Of a stretch of DNA of 56,460 nt, positions 47,187 through 56,177 are shown one piece after another. Position 1 is the first letter of the stretch; every line of letters begins with the position of its first letter. Both the position numbers and the translations under genes were made by a program. The notes beneath the pieces were generated by a model. The model saw only the letters and a program-made list of their open reading frames with translations. It ran no database searches and was not told the origin of the DNA. Origin of the DNA: Armatimonadia bacterium (lineage in GTDB: Bacteria; Armatimonadota; Zipacnadia; Zipacnadales; UBA11051); the NCBI GenBank assembly GCA_039683575.1, contig JBDKRC010000331.1, positions 1 to 56,460 of the forward strand. Reading direction: 5' to 3'.

Positions 47187-47882
47187 CTAAGGAGTCTGCA
47201 GGGCGTCGGTGATTACTTTGGAGACCAGTTCGGCCTGGACGACCTTCCCGGCCTGGTTGTAGTGGTAGCCGTCGCCGTTGTTGCGGTACTCGGGGTGGTC
47301 TACTGAGATGCTGTAGAGGTCGGTGATGGGGATGCCGAGTTCGGCCATCACTGGGGCGGCGGTGGCGTTGCGGCGCAGGACGGTGGCGTTGCCGGGTGCG
47401 AGAGTGGCGACGTCGTTGGCGACGACTACGGGCGTGCAGTTGGCCCAGAGGAGCTTGGCCTGTGGCTGGAGCTCTTGCAGGAGGGCGACGAGGCGGCGCA
47501 GGCCGGCTTCGTAGTCGGCGTCGGAGAGATGGAAGCCGTGGAGGCCGTTGTTGAAGTGGATGACCTTGTAGTTGTAGCCGGTGACCATGGTCTCGACCTC
47601 GCGGAGCAGGGCGGGATCGCACATGCTTTTGGAGGTGGCGAGGAGGTCCACGTTGGCCTTGCCGGCGAGGCGCTTGCGGGTTTCGGCGGAGTATTGATTG
47701 GCGATGGAATCGCCCATGAGCAGCACGCGGGGGAGGGTGGTGTCGGGCGCGTGGTCCCACCACATGTTGCACCATTCCATGGTTTCGCGGGTAGTGTTGT
47801 CCAAGGGTTTGATCTCCTGTTGGGCGCAGAGTGGGAGGGCGAGGGTGAGAAGCAGTAACGGCAGGGCGAGATGTCTGAGCAT
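47187..47882 (-). CDS. Exported SGNH/GDSL hydrolase
   Basis: LLMGDSI, FNNGLHG, DGYH; signal peptide. Confidence 0.88.
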   Translation of the reverse strand: MLRHLALPLLLLTLALPLCAQQEIKPLDNTTRETMEWCNMWWDHAPDTTLPRVLLMGDSIANQYSAETRKRLAGKANVDLLATSKSMCDPALLREVETMVTGYNYKVIHFNNGLHGFHLSDADYEAGLRRLVALLQELQPQAKLLWANCTPVVVANDVATLAPGNATVLRRNATAAPVMAELGIPITDLYSISVDHPEYRNNGDGYHYNQAGKVVQAELVSKVITDALQTP

Positions 47883-47925
47883 GGTAGTCACCTTTTGCCG
47901 ATGGAGGCTGGCGATTCACCGGGCT

Positions 47926-47967
47926 GGTCGGTGATGACGGCAGGGCCGGCTAAAGCTCGGCCCCTCC
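47926..47967. repeat. Family C repeat overlapping the ThuA stop codon
   Basis: Reverse complement matches 2775-2815 with one indel and one substitution. Confidence 0.8.
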
Positions 47968-48699
47968 TTTCGGAGACGGCAACGGCAGCGGTTCCAGCGG
48001 CTGGACGTTGCCGCGGAGTGGCTCTGGGTTGCGGGTCTTAGCGGCCCATTTGGTTGCGTTGGCGATTATCTTCAGGACGTTCTGGTCGTGGTAGACCGGA
48101 TAGGTCTCGTGGCCGGGGGTGAAGAGGAAGATCCGGCCCTGGCCGCGGGTGAAGCAGGTGCCGCTGCGGAGTACTTCGCCGCCGGGGGACCAGCCGATGA
48201 AGATCAGCTCGTCGGGGGCGGGGATGTCGAAGTGCTCGCCGTAGGTCTCGTCCTGGGCGATCTCAAAGTGCTCGGGAACGCCCTCGGCGATAGGATGGCC
48301 GGGAGCGACGGTCCAGTGGCGCTGGTGCTCGCCGGACTCGCGCCATTTCATCATGCCGGTGGTGCCGAGCATTCGGCAGGCGATTTTCGAGATGCAGGCG
48401 GAGTGCAGGATTATGAGGCCAAGGCCCTCCAGAATGTGGCGCTGGAGGCGGTCCACGATCTCGTCGGGGATCTCATTTTGCGCGATGTGGCCCCAGTAGA
48501 TGACCACGTCGGTCTGGCTGAGGCGGTCAGCGGAGAGGCCGCGCTCCGGCTCGTCCTGGGTGGCGGTTTGGACGTCCAGGCCGGGGACGGTGCGGAGATG
48601 GGAAGCGAGGGCGCCGTGGATGCCGTCGGGGTAAAGGGCGGCGATGTGCGGGCTCTGCTTTTCGTGGCAATTCTCGTTCCAGACGAGGACGCGGGTCAT
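47950..48699 (-). CDS. ThuA-like (trehalose utilisation) domain protein
   Basis: VWNE..HE, YPDGIH, YWGH, LHSA, WRE, ETYGEHFDIPAPDE, PGHETYPVYH. Confidence 0.9.
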   Translation of the reverse strand: MTRVLVWNENCHEKQSPHIAALYPDGIHGALASHLRTVPGLDVQTATQDEPERGLSADRLSQTDVVIYWGHIAQNEIPDEIVDRLQRHILEGLGLIILHSACISKIACRMLGTTGMMKWRESGEHQRHWTVAPGHPIAEGVPEHFEIAQDETYGEHFDIPAPDELIFIGWSPGGEVLRSGTCFTRGQGRIFLFTPGHETYPVYHDQNVLKIIANATKWAAKTRNPEPLRGNVQPLEPLPLPSPKGGAEL

Positions 48700-48810
48700 G
48701 GGTGGAGGTTCGATATTGGGAGGGGAGGGACCTTAGCAGACAAGGCATACAGGATGTGCAGGATAGAGGCACGGATGGATAGGATGGGAAGAGAGGGAGA
48801 GGGAAAAGGT

Positions 48811-48890
48811 TGTAGGGCGGGGGCTCCGTACCCCGCCGCTCGGGAAGGTCATAGATAACGGCAGGCGGGGTACGGAGCCCCCGCCCTACA
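48811..48890. repeat. GTAG-type REP doublet (family A)
   Basis: tgtagggcgggggctccgtaccccgcc ... ggcggggtacggagcccccgccctaca inverted pair. Confidence 0.85.
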
Positions 48891-48982
48891 GCGGACGTCG
48901 CTTCGCGCTCCATACGGCCCTTCACCGACGCAGACCCATTCTGGTGTTTGACGGGAGGTGTTGAAGGGGGTTACTATTACTG

Positions 48983-49009
48983 GTAACACGATTTGGAACT
49001 TCGTGCTAC
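48983..49009. promoter_or_regulatory. 27-bp operator-like inverted repeat, NikR/ribbon-helix-helix type
   Basis: GTAACACGA-N9-TCGTGCTAC (GTAACAC-N13-GTGCTAC), 22 nt before the ATG at 49032 and next to sigma70-like TTGACG/TACTAT. Confidence 0.55.
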
Positions 49010-49031
49010 GAGGTGTGGTCAAAGGATCATC

Positions 49032-49652
49032 ATGTACCGACGACAGGGCTTTACGTTGATTGAACTGCTCGTGGCGATTGCGATCATCGCGATCCTGGCC
49101 ACGATTCTCTTTCCGGTCTTTGCCAAGGCGCGGGAGAAGGCGCGGCAGACTTCGTGTTTGTCGAATCTCAAGCAGATCGGGCTGGCGCTGAAGGCGTACT
49201 GCCAGGACTATGACGAGACCAACTGCCGGGCGTATTACGGCGGATCGCGGGTGGTGCGCTGGCATCAGGCGATTGCGCCTTATGTGAAGAACGACGACCT
49301 GTTTCGGTGCATGAGTTCCGGGCAGGAGATTGACCCCTATAGCGGGCTGTACATGTCGTACGGGATGAGTTCGTTCAACTTCGCGCCGGGGGCGTACCCG
49401 TCGTTTTGGTATGGCCCCGGGGATGAGGAGATTGGGGATGCAAGCGGGACGATCTGGGTCACGGATAGCAAGCACCCGACCGATCCGACGCAGGGGAGCT
49501 ACTATGTGGGCGGTGGAGCGGTGTTCAGCGAGCCGGTGACGCGGGTGGCGTACCGGCACAATGAGGGGTTCAATGCGCTGTACTATGACGGGCACGCGAA
49601 GTGGGCGCGGAGTAGTGGGAAGAGGAACTGGAGTACGGACCCGGGGGACTAG
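49032..49652 (+). CDS. DUF1559 prepilin-type protein with an H-X9-DG domain
   Basis: [14 protein letters not shown] cleavage/methylation site, [35 protein letters not shown]. Confidence 0.92.
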   Translation: MYRRQGFTLIELLVAIAIIAILATILFPVFAKAREKARQTSCLSNLKQIGLALKAYCQDYDETNCRAYYGGSRVVRWHQAIAPYVKNDDLFRCMSSGQEIDPYSGLYMSYGMSSFNFAPGAYPSFWYGPGDEEIGDASGTIWVTDSKHPTDPTQGSYYVGGGAVFSEPVTRVAYRHNEGFNALYYDGHAKWARSSGKRNWSTDPGD

Positions 49653-49672
49653 GGTGGGCGAAGGTAGGTGGT

Positions 49673-49760
49673 CAAAATGGGGACGGAGACTTGGCGCGAG
49701 GGTTGGGAGGTTGGGTTCTGACGAGGGCTGGTGGCGCGCTAAGTCTCCGTCCCCATTTTG
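49673..49760. repeat. 88-nt inverted-arm element, sister of 23110-23197
   Basis: caaaatggggacggagacttggcgcg ... cgcgctaagtctccgtccccattttg. Confidence 0.8.
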
Positions 49761-49770
49761 GGCGAGGAGT

Positions 49771-49946
49771 TGGTCGGGGATAACGGCACGGGCCGGATGC
49801 GCGGTGAGGCTGCGCATTCGGCCCCTCCAGGGAGAGACGGAACGTATCGGTGATGACGGCATGCGGGCGAGACGCCCGCACTACGCGACATTGGGGAGGG
49901 CGGTTGGTCGGGGATAACGGCATGCGGGCGAGACGCCCGCACTACG
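49771..49946. repeat. REP cluster: GCGGGCGAGACGCCCGCACTAC (family B, GTAG on minus strand) twice plus a family C-like hairpin
   Basis: Copies at 49864-49885 and 49924-49946; third copy at 53417-53439 with a similar GGGCCGGATG..CATTCGGCCCCTCC hairpin. Confidence 0.75.
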
Positions 49947-49958
49947 CGGAGGAAAGAC

Positions 49959-50672
49959 GTGGCGTTCTATAAGCTGACTTACTCGGAGCAGTACCGGCGG
50001 GCTACGGTGCATAATCTGGGGTGCAATTTCCGGTGCCGGGGGTGTGCGTATAAGCTCAAGGGCGGGCACCCGAAGCCGGAGAGGATACCGGCTCTGGAGG
50101 AGTTCAAGGAGGCGCTGGCAGGGCTGGAGTGTGACCGGGTGCACTTTATGGGCGGGGAGCCGACCACTTGTGCGGACCTGGACGAGATGCTGCAGTTTTG
50201 CCGGGAGGAGCTGGGGCTGACGGCGGGGCTGGGACACTCCAACGGGTCGAAGCTGCCGGGGGTCAGGTATGACTTCACGAATGTCTCGTTCAAGGCGTGG
50301 GAGCCGGAGAGGTATCTGGATTACACGGGGCAGCCGGGGCAACCGATCTATGACAACTTCCGGCTGGCGTTCGATCGCGGAGTGGCGATGAAGGCCAGCA
50401 CGGTGTATATCCCGGAGTTCTGCGAGACGGACCAGATACTGCGGATGGCGGAGTTTGTGGCGGCGGTGTCGGCGGAGATACCGTTTCACATTATGGGGTA
50501 TATGCCGGTGCCGGGAGCGCCGTGGCGGCGGCCCACTGACGAGGAGATGGCGGCAGTCGTGGCGGCGGTGAAGGAGATCCTGCCACAGGTGGGGTTCTCG
50601 CATCTGAGCTCTGAGCAGGGACGGGACTTGTCGGCGCGGGATGACCGCTTCAAGGTTGTGCAGGTGCTGTGA
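49959..50672 (+). CDS. Radical SAM protein (activating-enzyme-like)
   Basis: CNFRCRGC (CxxxCxxC), FMGGEPT, SNG; GGAGG RBS before GTG. Confidence 0.9.
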   Translation: MAFYKLTYSEQYRRATVHNLGCNFRCRGCAYKLKGGHPKPERIPALEEFKEALAGLECDRVHFMGGEPTTCADLDEMLQFCREELGLTAGLGHSNGSKLPGVRYDFTNVSFKAWEPERYLDYTGQPGQPIYDNFRLAFDRGVAMKASTVYIPEFCETDQILRMAEFVAAVSAEIPFHIMGYMPVPGAPWRRPTDEEMAAVVAAVKEILPQVGFSHLSSEQGRDLSARDDRFKVVQVL

Positions 50673-51913
50673 GGCGGCTTTGGCTGCTGATGGCGGGGGG
50701 CTTGCTGGTGTGCTGCGCAGGGTGCGCGGTCAGGCCGACGGGGACTGACCGGCCCCTGCGTTTTGCGTTCTGGGCTCTGAACCCGGCGGAAGTGACGCTT
50801 ACGCAGGAGTTGGTGCGGGAGTTTGAGGCGGCCAATCCCGACCTCAAGATTGAGATTCTCGAAATCCCCAGCGGGTACTATGAGAAGCTCTCGACGATGT
50901 TTGCCGGAGGGACGCCGCCGGATGTGATGGTGCTCAACCACGGGCGGCTGAGGGACTTTGCGCAGCGGCGGGTGCTGGCTGATCTGGCTAAGGAGAGCGA
51001 GGGCGTCGAGGCAGTGAGGCTGGAGGACGGGTACTGCCCGGCGTGGCTGATTGAGTGTAACCCGACGAATTTGCTGCTGTATGACCCGGAGGCGCTGGCG
51101 GAGGCGGGAGTGGGGCTGCCACCGGAGGAGGGGTGGACGTGGGGGGAGTTTGAGGCGGCCTGCCGGGCTCTGAAGGCGGGGCTCGGGGAGGGGAAGCGGG
51201 CGGCGTCGGTGTGCCTTTATCCGTATGCGGCGATGGCGTGGCTGTCCCAGGGCGGGGTGGATATGGCGGCGGCGCGGAGCGAGGGGCTGGGAGCGGTGCT
51301 GCGGGATCAGCGGAGCCTGCGAGGGGTAGAGTATTTGCTGCGGCTGGCGCGGGGGGGGCTGATCATGCGGCCCGATCCGGCGCAGGATAGCTCGATGGAG
51401 GACTTCCGCGCGGGGCGAGTGGCGATGACGTTCGTGACACCGTATTCGCTGGGGATGCTGAAGAAGGGGAACTCGCGGCCATGGCGGCTGGCGGGGCCGT
51501 TGCGCGACCGGGGGACGGCGACGGGATGCCTGCCCTCGGCGGTGGCGATGGCGGGGAGTTGCGCCAACCAGCGCGGGGCGCTGCGGTTCATGCGGTTCTA
51601 TGCCACGGAGGGGAGCCGGCGGCGGACGGCGGCAGGCTTCTGCGTCCCGGCGGCGAAGGAGCTACAGAGGGGGGAAGCGCTTGAGCAGGGCTTTGGGGCG
51701 CAGGCGGCGGAGGTGCTCAGGCTCGCGGTGGAGAGGGCGGAGCCGTATCCGGTGCCGGCGGAGGGGGCGTACTTGAGCTATGAGCAATCCAGCGGGATCT
51801 TGAGGAAGGCGTTGGAGCGTGTCTTCAGCGGCGGGATGGAGCCGAAGAAGGCACTGAAAGAGGCGGCGGCGGAACTTGAGGCGGCGCTGCCGCGTCAGCA
51901 AGCAGGCGGTTAG
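50669..51913 (+). CDS. ABC transporter substrate-binding lipoprotein (family 1-like)
   Basis: Lipobox-like CAGC; FEAANPDLKIE, YYEKL..GTPPDV, WTWGEF; GTGA overlap with the radical SAM gene. Confidence 0.85.
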   Translation: MRRLWLLMAGGLLVCCAGCAVRPTGTDRPLRFAFWALNPAEVTLTQELVREFEAANPDLKIEILEIPSGYYEKLSTMFAGGTPPDVMVLNHGRLRDFAQRRVLADLAKESEGVEAVRLEDGYCPAWLIECNPTNLLLYDPEALAEAGVGLPPEEGWTWGEFEAACRALKAGLGEGKRAASVCLYPYAAMAWLSQGGVDMAAARSEGLGAVLRDQRSLRGVEYLLRLARGGLIMRPDPAQDSSMEDFRAGRVAMTFVTPYSLGMLKKGNSRPWRLAGPLRDRGTATGCLPSAVAMAGSCANQRGALRFMRFYATEGSRRRTAAGFCVPAAKELQRGEALEQGFGAQAAEVLRLAVERAEPYPVPAEGAYLSYEQSSGILRKALERVFSGGMEPKKALKEAAAELEAALPRQQAGG

Positions 51914-51933
51914 CAGCGGAGAGGGGTAAGGAA

Positions 51934-52347
51934 ATGGAAGACCAACTGAAACTCCTAAAGGGGTTCCATGGGCATCTGGGGCCGTATGTGACGGCGGGGC
52001 TGCGGATGGGGCGGTTTGCGCTCAAGCGTCTGCAGGCGAAGCCGCACCAGGGCGTGGAGGCCGACGTGTGGTGCCCGGCTTCGCCGCCTGCCTCGTGCAT
52101 CATGGATGGGATACAGGTCGCCACCGGGTGTACGCTGGGGAAGCACAACCTGCGGCATCATGTGGATGATGAGATGCGGGTGCTGTTTCGCAACAGGCAT
52201 ACCAATGAGGTGGTCATGCTGGGGCTGCGGGCGGAGGCGATGCAGCGGGCGATGGCGATCCTGGAGGAGGAGTCGGATACGGCCGCGTCGGAGTTTGTCG
52301 CCAACATGCCGGAGGGGGAGTTGTTGGAGGAGTTGCGGGGGGACTAG
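51934..52347 (+). CDS. FmdE (formylmethanofuran dehydrogenase subunit E) family protein
   Basis: FHGHLGP..GLRMG and SCIMDGIQVATGCTLGK Zn-site motifs. Confidence 0.9.
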   Translation: MEDQLKLLKGFHGHLGPYVTAGLRMGRFALKRLQAKPHQGVEADVWCPASPPASCIMDGIQVATGCTLGKHNLRHHVDDEMRVLFRNRHTNEVVMLGLRAEAMQRAMAILEEESDTAASEFVANMPEGELLEELRGD

Positions 52348-52442
52348 CCGGTCGCGGTGCCGCCGGGCTGGAAGCCCGGCTCCGTTGGCGCTACCCTCGC
52401 GGCTGGAAGCCGCTCGTACGGCGGGAAAGGCGGCGTTGTTTG

Positions 52443-53363
52443 CTAGTCGGCGCGCTCGGGCTCTCCGCGCCAGAGGCGGTACTGCCACGCGTACTGTTCG
52501 GGGACGGCCCGGACTTTTTGTTCGAGCACTGCCATAAGGCGGGCGGTGTTCTCCACCAGATCCCCATCACGATCCTCGCTCTCCCTCATCTCCACCGGCG
52601 GGTCAATCTCTATTACGAAGCGGCCATCAGGGCGGCGCAGGGCGTGCGCCGGCAGTACGGGCGACTGCGTGCGGGAATGCAACAGGGCCGGGGTGTGCCA
52701 GACGTTGGTTTTCAAGCCGAAGAAGGGGACGACTACGCCCTGGCCTTTGGCATAGCGGTCGGGCATGACCGGCACGATACAGTTGCTCTTCAGCGCGCGG
52801 AAGATGCCGCGGAGGCCCTCGGAGACCGGGATTACTGGGAAGTTTTGCCGGGCGCGGATCTCTTTGAACTTGCGACCGATGCGCGGACTGCGCGGCGGAC
52901 GTGAGAGCGGCAGGACGTTGTAGCCGCCATGAATGAAGCGAACGGCTCCTACCTCCTGATTCCCCAGATGCCCCGTAAACAGCACCACACCGCGGTTTTG
53001 CTCCAGCGCCGCCTGCAGGTGCTGCTCTCCCTTGATGTCACAGATCTCCAGACACTCCTCCCGCGACATGTCCGCCAGCCGCAGAGCCTCGATGAAGAGC
53101 ATCGTGACGTTCTGCAGGCAGCCCTTGGCGATGTCGTGGGCGGCCTGTTCTGACAGGGCGTCGCCGTAGGCCAGCGAGAGGTTGTGCAGGATGATGTCGC
53201 GGTGGCGGGCGTCGTGGCGGTAGCCCCAGGCGCCGAGCTTGCGACCGAGCTGCTGCGCGCCATACCAGTCGCGGCGGCTGACGAGCCAGTGGAGGGTATC
53301 TATGACCGCCGGGCCGAGAGCGGCGCGGACGGAGCGGCGAAAGTCAGTGGAGGAGAAGCGCAC
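52443..53363 (-). CDS. Lipid A biosynthesis (LpxL/HtrB-like) acyltransferase family protein
   Basis: TGHLGNQE, MPD, VPFFG, PEQYAWQYRLW. Confidence 0.85.
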   Translation of the reverse strand: MRFSSTDFRRSVRAALGPAVIDTLHWLVSRRDWYGAQQLGRKLGAWGYRHDARHRDIILHNLSLAYGDALSEQAAHDIAKGCLQNVTMLFIEALRLADMSREECLEICDIKGEQHLQAALEQNRGVVLFTGHLGNQEVGAVRFIHGGYNVLPLSRPPRSPRIGRKFKEIRARQNFPVIPVSEGLRGIFRALKSNCIVPVMPDRYAKGQGVVVPFFGLKTNVWHTPALLHSRTQSPVLPAHALRRPDGRFVIEIDPPVEMRESEDRDGDLVENTARLMAVLEQKVRAVPEQYAWQYRLWRGEPERAD

Positions 53364-53549
53364 GAATCAGGTACCTCGTGAGGTGATGGAGACATTATAC
53401 CACAGTGCGGGTCGGAGCGGGCGAGACGCCCGCACTACGCGGGAGGGTAGTCGCGGATGTTGGCGGGCCGGATGATCGCAGACGGCGCGATCATTCGGCC
53501 CCTCCGAAGAGGCGAGGCAACAGCATGGAGTGTCGAGCATACGCGTCAC

Positions 53550-54440
53550 TCAAGGCTGAACTCGTTTTACTTCTATCGCGTAGTCATCCTCGTTGTACTG
53601 CACTCTGAGGTAGTGGTAGAGACCGCCGGCGTCTGGGTTGGCGTACAGGGGCGCGCCGCCGCCGGCCGTTATGAAGTAGTGGACCTTGTCGCGGACCTGG
53701 TGGTTGTACAGGTGCTCGTGACCCGCGAAGACCGCGTTGACTTTGGCCCTGGCGAACAGCAGGTGGAGGCGGTCGCGGTACTTGGGGTACTTGTCGAGCG
53801 AACTGCCCCGGTGGACGCTGACCGGGAAGAGTGGCTGGTGGAGGGTCACGAAGATGAGCGACTTGTCCTGGGCCTGCGTCAGGTCCTGGTAGAGCCACTG
53901 CCATTGTGTGCCGTCAATCCGGCCATACTGGCCGGGCTGCTGAGTGTCGAGGATGACGAAGTGCGCGCAGCCGACGTCGAAGGAGTAGTAGCGGCGTCCG
54001 AAGTACTGCTCGAACAGGCCGCCCAGGCCCCCACCCAGGTCGTGGTTGCCAGCGGCCGCGGCCAGGGGCACGGGGCCGAACTTCTGGAGCGGCAACAGGG
54101 CCTCGAAGAAGCGCTGGTATTGGCGGCGGACGGCGGCGGCGTTGTTGGCACCATCAATGTAGTCGCCGGTGCCGAGGGTGAAAGCGGGGCGTTCGGCGGC
54201 CATGGCGCGGGCTACGGCAGAGACGATCTTGAGGCGCTCGGGCTTGCCACCGGGGCGGGTGTCACCAAAGACGCAGAAGACGGTGGAAGGGGGCGCCGCG
54301 GGCTGCGCAACGGGGCGGGGCTTGGGGCGTGAGGCCCTGGGCACGCTTTGATTGGTCTGGGCGGAAAGGGGAGCGAGACACAGGAACAGCAGGATTTTGA
54401 GGGTGAGAGGGTGTCTCATGCGCTTGGGCCGGTTTCTCAT
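53550..54440 (-). CDS. Exported calcineurin-like metallophosphoesterase
   Basis: FGDTR, TGD, GNHD, HQP, GHEH; signal peptide (start at 54440 or 54419). Confidence 0.88.
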   Translation of the reverse strand: MRNRPKRMRHPLTLKILLFLCLAPLSAQTNQSVPRASRPKPRPVAQPAAPPSTVFCVFGDTRPGGKPERLKIVSAVARAMAAERPAFTLGTGDYIDGANNAAAVRRQYQRFFEALLPLQKFGPVPLAAAAGNHDLGGGLGGLFEQYFGRRYYSFDVGCAHFVILDTQQPGQYGRIDGTQWQWLYQDLTQAQDKSLIFVTLHQPLFPVSVHRGSSLDKYPKYRDRLHLLFARAKVNAVFAGHEHLYNHQVRDKVHYFITAGGGAPLYANPDAGGLYHYLRVQYNEDDYAIEVKRVQP

Positions 54441-54492
54441 GATCCAGTGAACGGCGGGTGGCCCCGTTGGGGTCAAGAAGCACGAATGGCGG

Positions 54493-55503
54493 TCAGAATA
54501 GCCGGGCTATTTCGTCCTGATCGAAGCGCGGCAGCGGTTGCTCCCGGCCATCGCGTACCAGGACGCTGCCCTCGGTGAGCTCGGTGGCTCGACCGATGGC
54601 GGTGCAGGCGATGGCGGCTTTGGTGCAGGCGGCGACGGCGGCTTCGGCGTCGGCGAACGCGACGGCGGCGAGGAGGGAGCCCGAGGCTATCAGGCCCAAC
54701 GGGTCAAGATCGTACTCGTCGCAAAGGCGTTGGGCTTCCGGCAAGAATGGGATTGCTTCGTATTCCAGGCGAATTCCGACTTGTGAGCCCTCGGCCATCT
54801 CCCAGACAGCAGTGGCCAGGCCGCCCTCAGTCGGGTCGTGGAGGGCGTGCGGGCGGATGGCCCCGCAGATCGCCCGCGCCTCGGGCAGGACCATGATTCC
54901 GGGATCGTAGAGCATGTTGGCGCAGCGGTCCAGGAAGGCGGGCTCGTAGCCGCGCTGCAGGAGTTCCTCGCGCTGTTCGCGGGCGATGAGCGAGGTGCCC
55001 TCGAGGGCTACGCCCTTGGTCAGGAGCAGCACGTCGCCCGGCCGCATGCCGTCCGGGTGAATCAGTTCGTCCCGGCGGACCTGGCCGAGCATCTGGCCGA
55101 TCAGGAGCGGCCGGTCGAGGCCGTGGGTGACTTCGGTGTGGCCTCCCACCAGGGCGATGCCGAGGCGCTGGCAGGTGTCCTGTAGTTGACCGTAGATGGT
55201 CTCGACGAGTTCCGGCGTGGTTGCAGCCTCGGGCAGGAGCAGTGTGGCCAGGAACCAGCGCGGGAGGCCGCCGCTGGTGGCGATATCGTTGCTGTTCACC
55301 GCCACCGCGTAATAGCCGATGGCAGCGGTGGCGAAGGTGATGGGGTCGGTTTTGGCGAGCAGGAGTTCGTCGTGCCCGAGGTCTATGACGGCGACATCGC
55401 GCCCAATGCCGGGGCCTACCAGGACCTCCGGCGGAGTTGGGAGGTCCCGGAGGAGGCGGGCGAGGAAATCGGCGTCGAGCTTGCCCAGCGGGAGGGTGTT
55501 CAC
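54493..55503 (-). CDS. AIR synthase (PurM-like) family protein, HypE/ThiL/SelD superfamily
   Basis: LPLGKL, GPGIGRD, KTDPIT, NDIA, GGHTEVT, LTKG, HDPTEGGL, DPLGLIASG. Confidence 0.88.
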   Translation of the reverse strand: MNTLPLGKLDADFLARLLRDLPTPPEVLVGPGIGRDVAVIDLGHDELLLAKTDPITFATAAIGYYAVAVNSNDIATSGGLPRWFLATLLLPEAATTPELVETIYGQLQDTCQRLGIALVGGHTEVTHGLDRPLLIGQMLGQVRRDELIHPDGMRPGDVLLLTKGVALEGTSLIAREQREELLQRGYEPAFLDRCANMLYDPGIMVLPEARAICGAIRPHALHDPTEGGLATAVWEMAEGSQVGIRLEYEAIPFLPEAQRLCDEYDLDPLGLIASGSLLAAVAFADAEAAVAACTKAAIACTAIGRATELTEGSVLVRDGREQPLPRFDQDEIARLF

Positions 55504-56177
55504 GCTTTGTCACCGCACAGGGCCGCCACGAAGGCCGGCACGTCCTCATAGGCGGCATTGGCGCCCAACTCCGCGAACTGCCCGGCAGTGGTGCCGGTCA
55601 GGAACACGCCGACGGTGCAGCATCCGGCAGCCTGGCCGCACTCGATGTCGCTCTTGTGGTCGCCGACCATGATCGCCTCGGCGGGGTCCACCACCAGACG
55701 TTCGAGCGCCGCGAGCAGATGGGCGGGATCCGGCTTTACGAGCTGCACGTCATCGCGGGTCAGGCACACCTCGCACGGCAGGGGATGCCGCGCGAGGAAG
55801 TGTTCGACGCACTCGCGGCAGTTGCGGGTGACGATGCCGAGCCTATAGCCGCTTTGGACGAGACGGTCGAGAGCTTCGACGACGCCGGCGTAGGGCGCGG
55901 CGTTGGCGACGGTCTCCATCTCGACATCAACCAGTACCTGGGCGGCCTGACGGTCGAATTCGGCCTGCCGCTCAGGATCGGCGGCGAGTTTGGCTTTGGC
56001 AGCGTCGATCACTTCGAGCACGTAGCGGCCGTCGCCCATGTGGTCTTCCCACAGACCCCACTGGTGAATGAGTTCATAGATGCGGCGGCGCATCTCGGCG
56101 AAGTCGATATTGGTCTCGGCGAGAGTGCCGTCGAAATCGAAGACTATGGCTTTGAGGGTTTGAGGGCAGCAGGTCAT
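55500..56177 (-). CDS. HAD-family hydrolase (phosphoglycolate phosphatase-like)
   Basis: FDFDGTL, VTRN, KPDP, MVGD..SD motifs. Confidence 0.9.
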   Translation of the reverse strand: MTCCPQTLKAIVFDFDGTLAETNIDFAEMRRRIYELIHQWGLWEDHMGDGRYVLEVIDAAKAKLAADPERQAEFDRQAAQVLVDVEMETVANAAPYAGVVEALDRLVQSGYRLGIVTRNCRECVEHFLARHPLPCEVCLTRDDVQLVKPDPAHLLAALERLVVDPAEAIMVGDHKSDIECGQAAGCCTVGVFLTGTTAGQFAELGANAAYEDVPAFVAALCGDKA

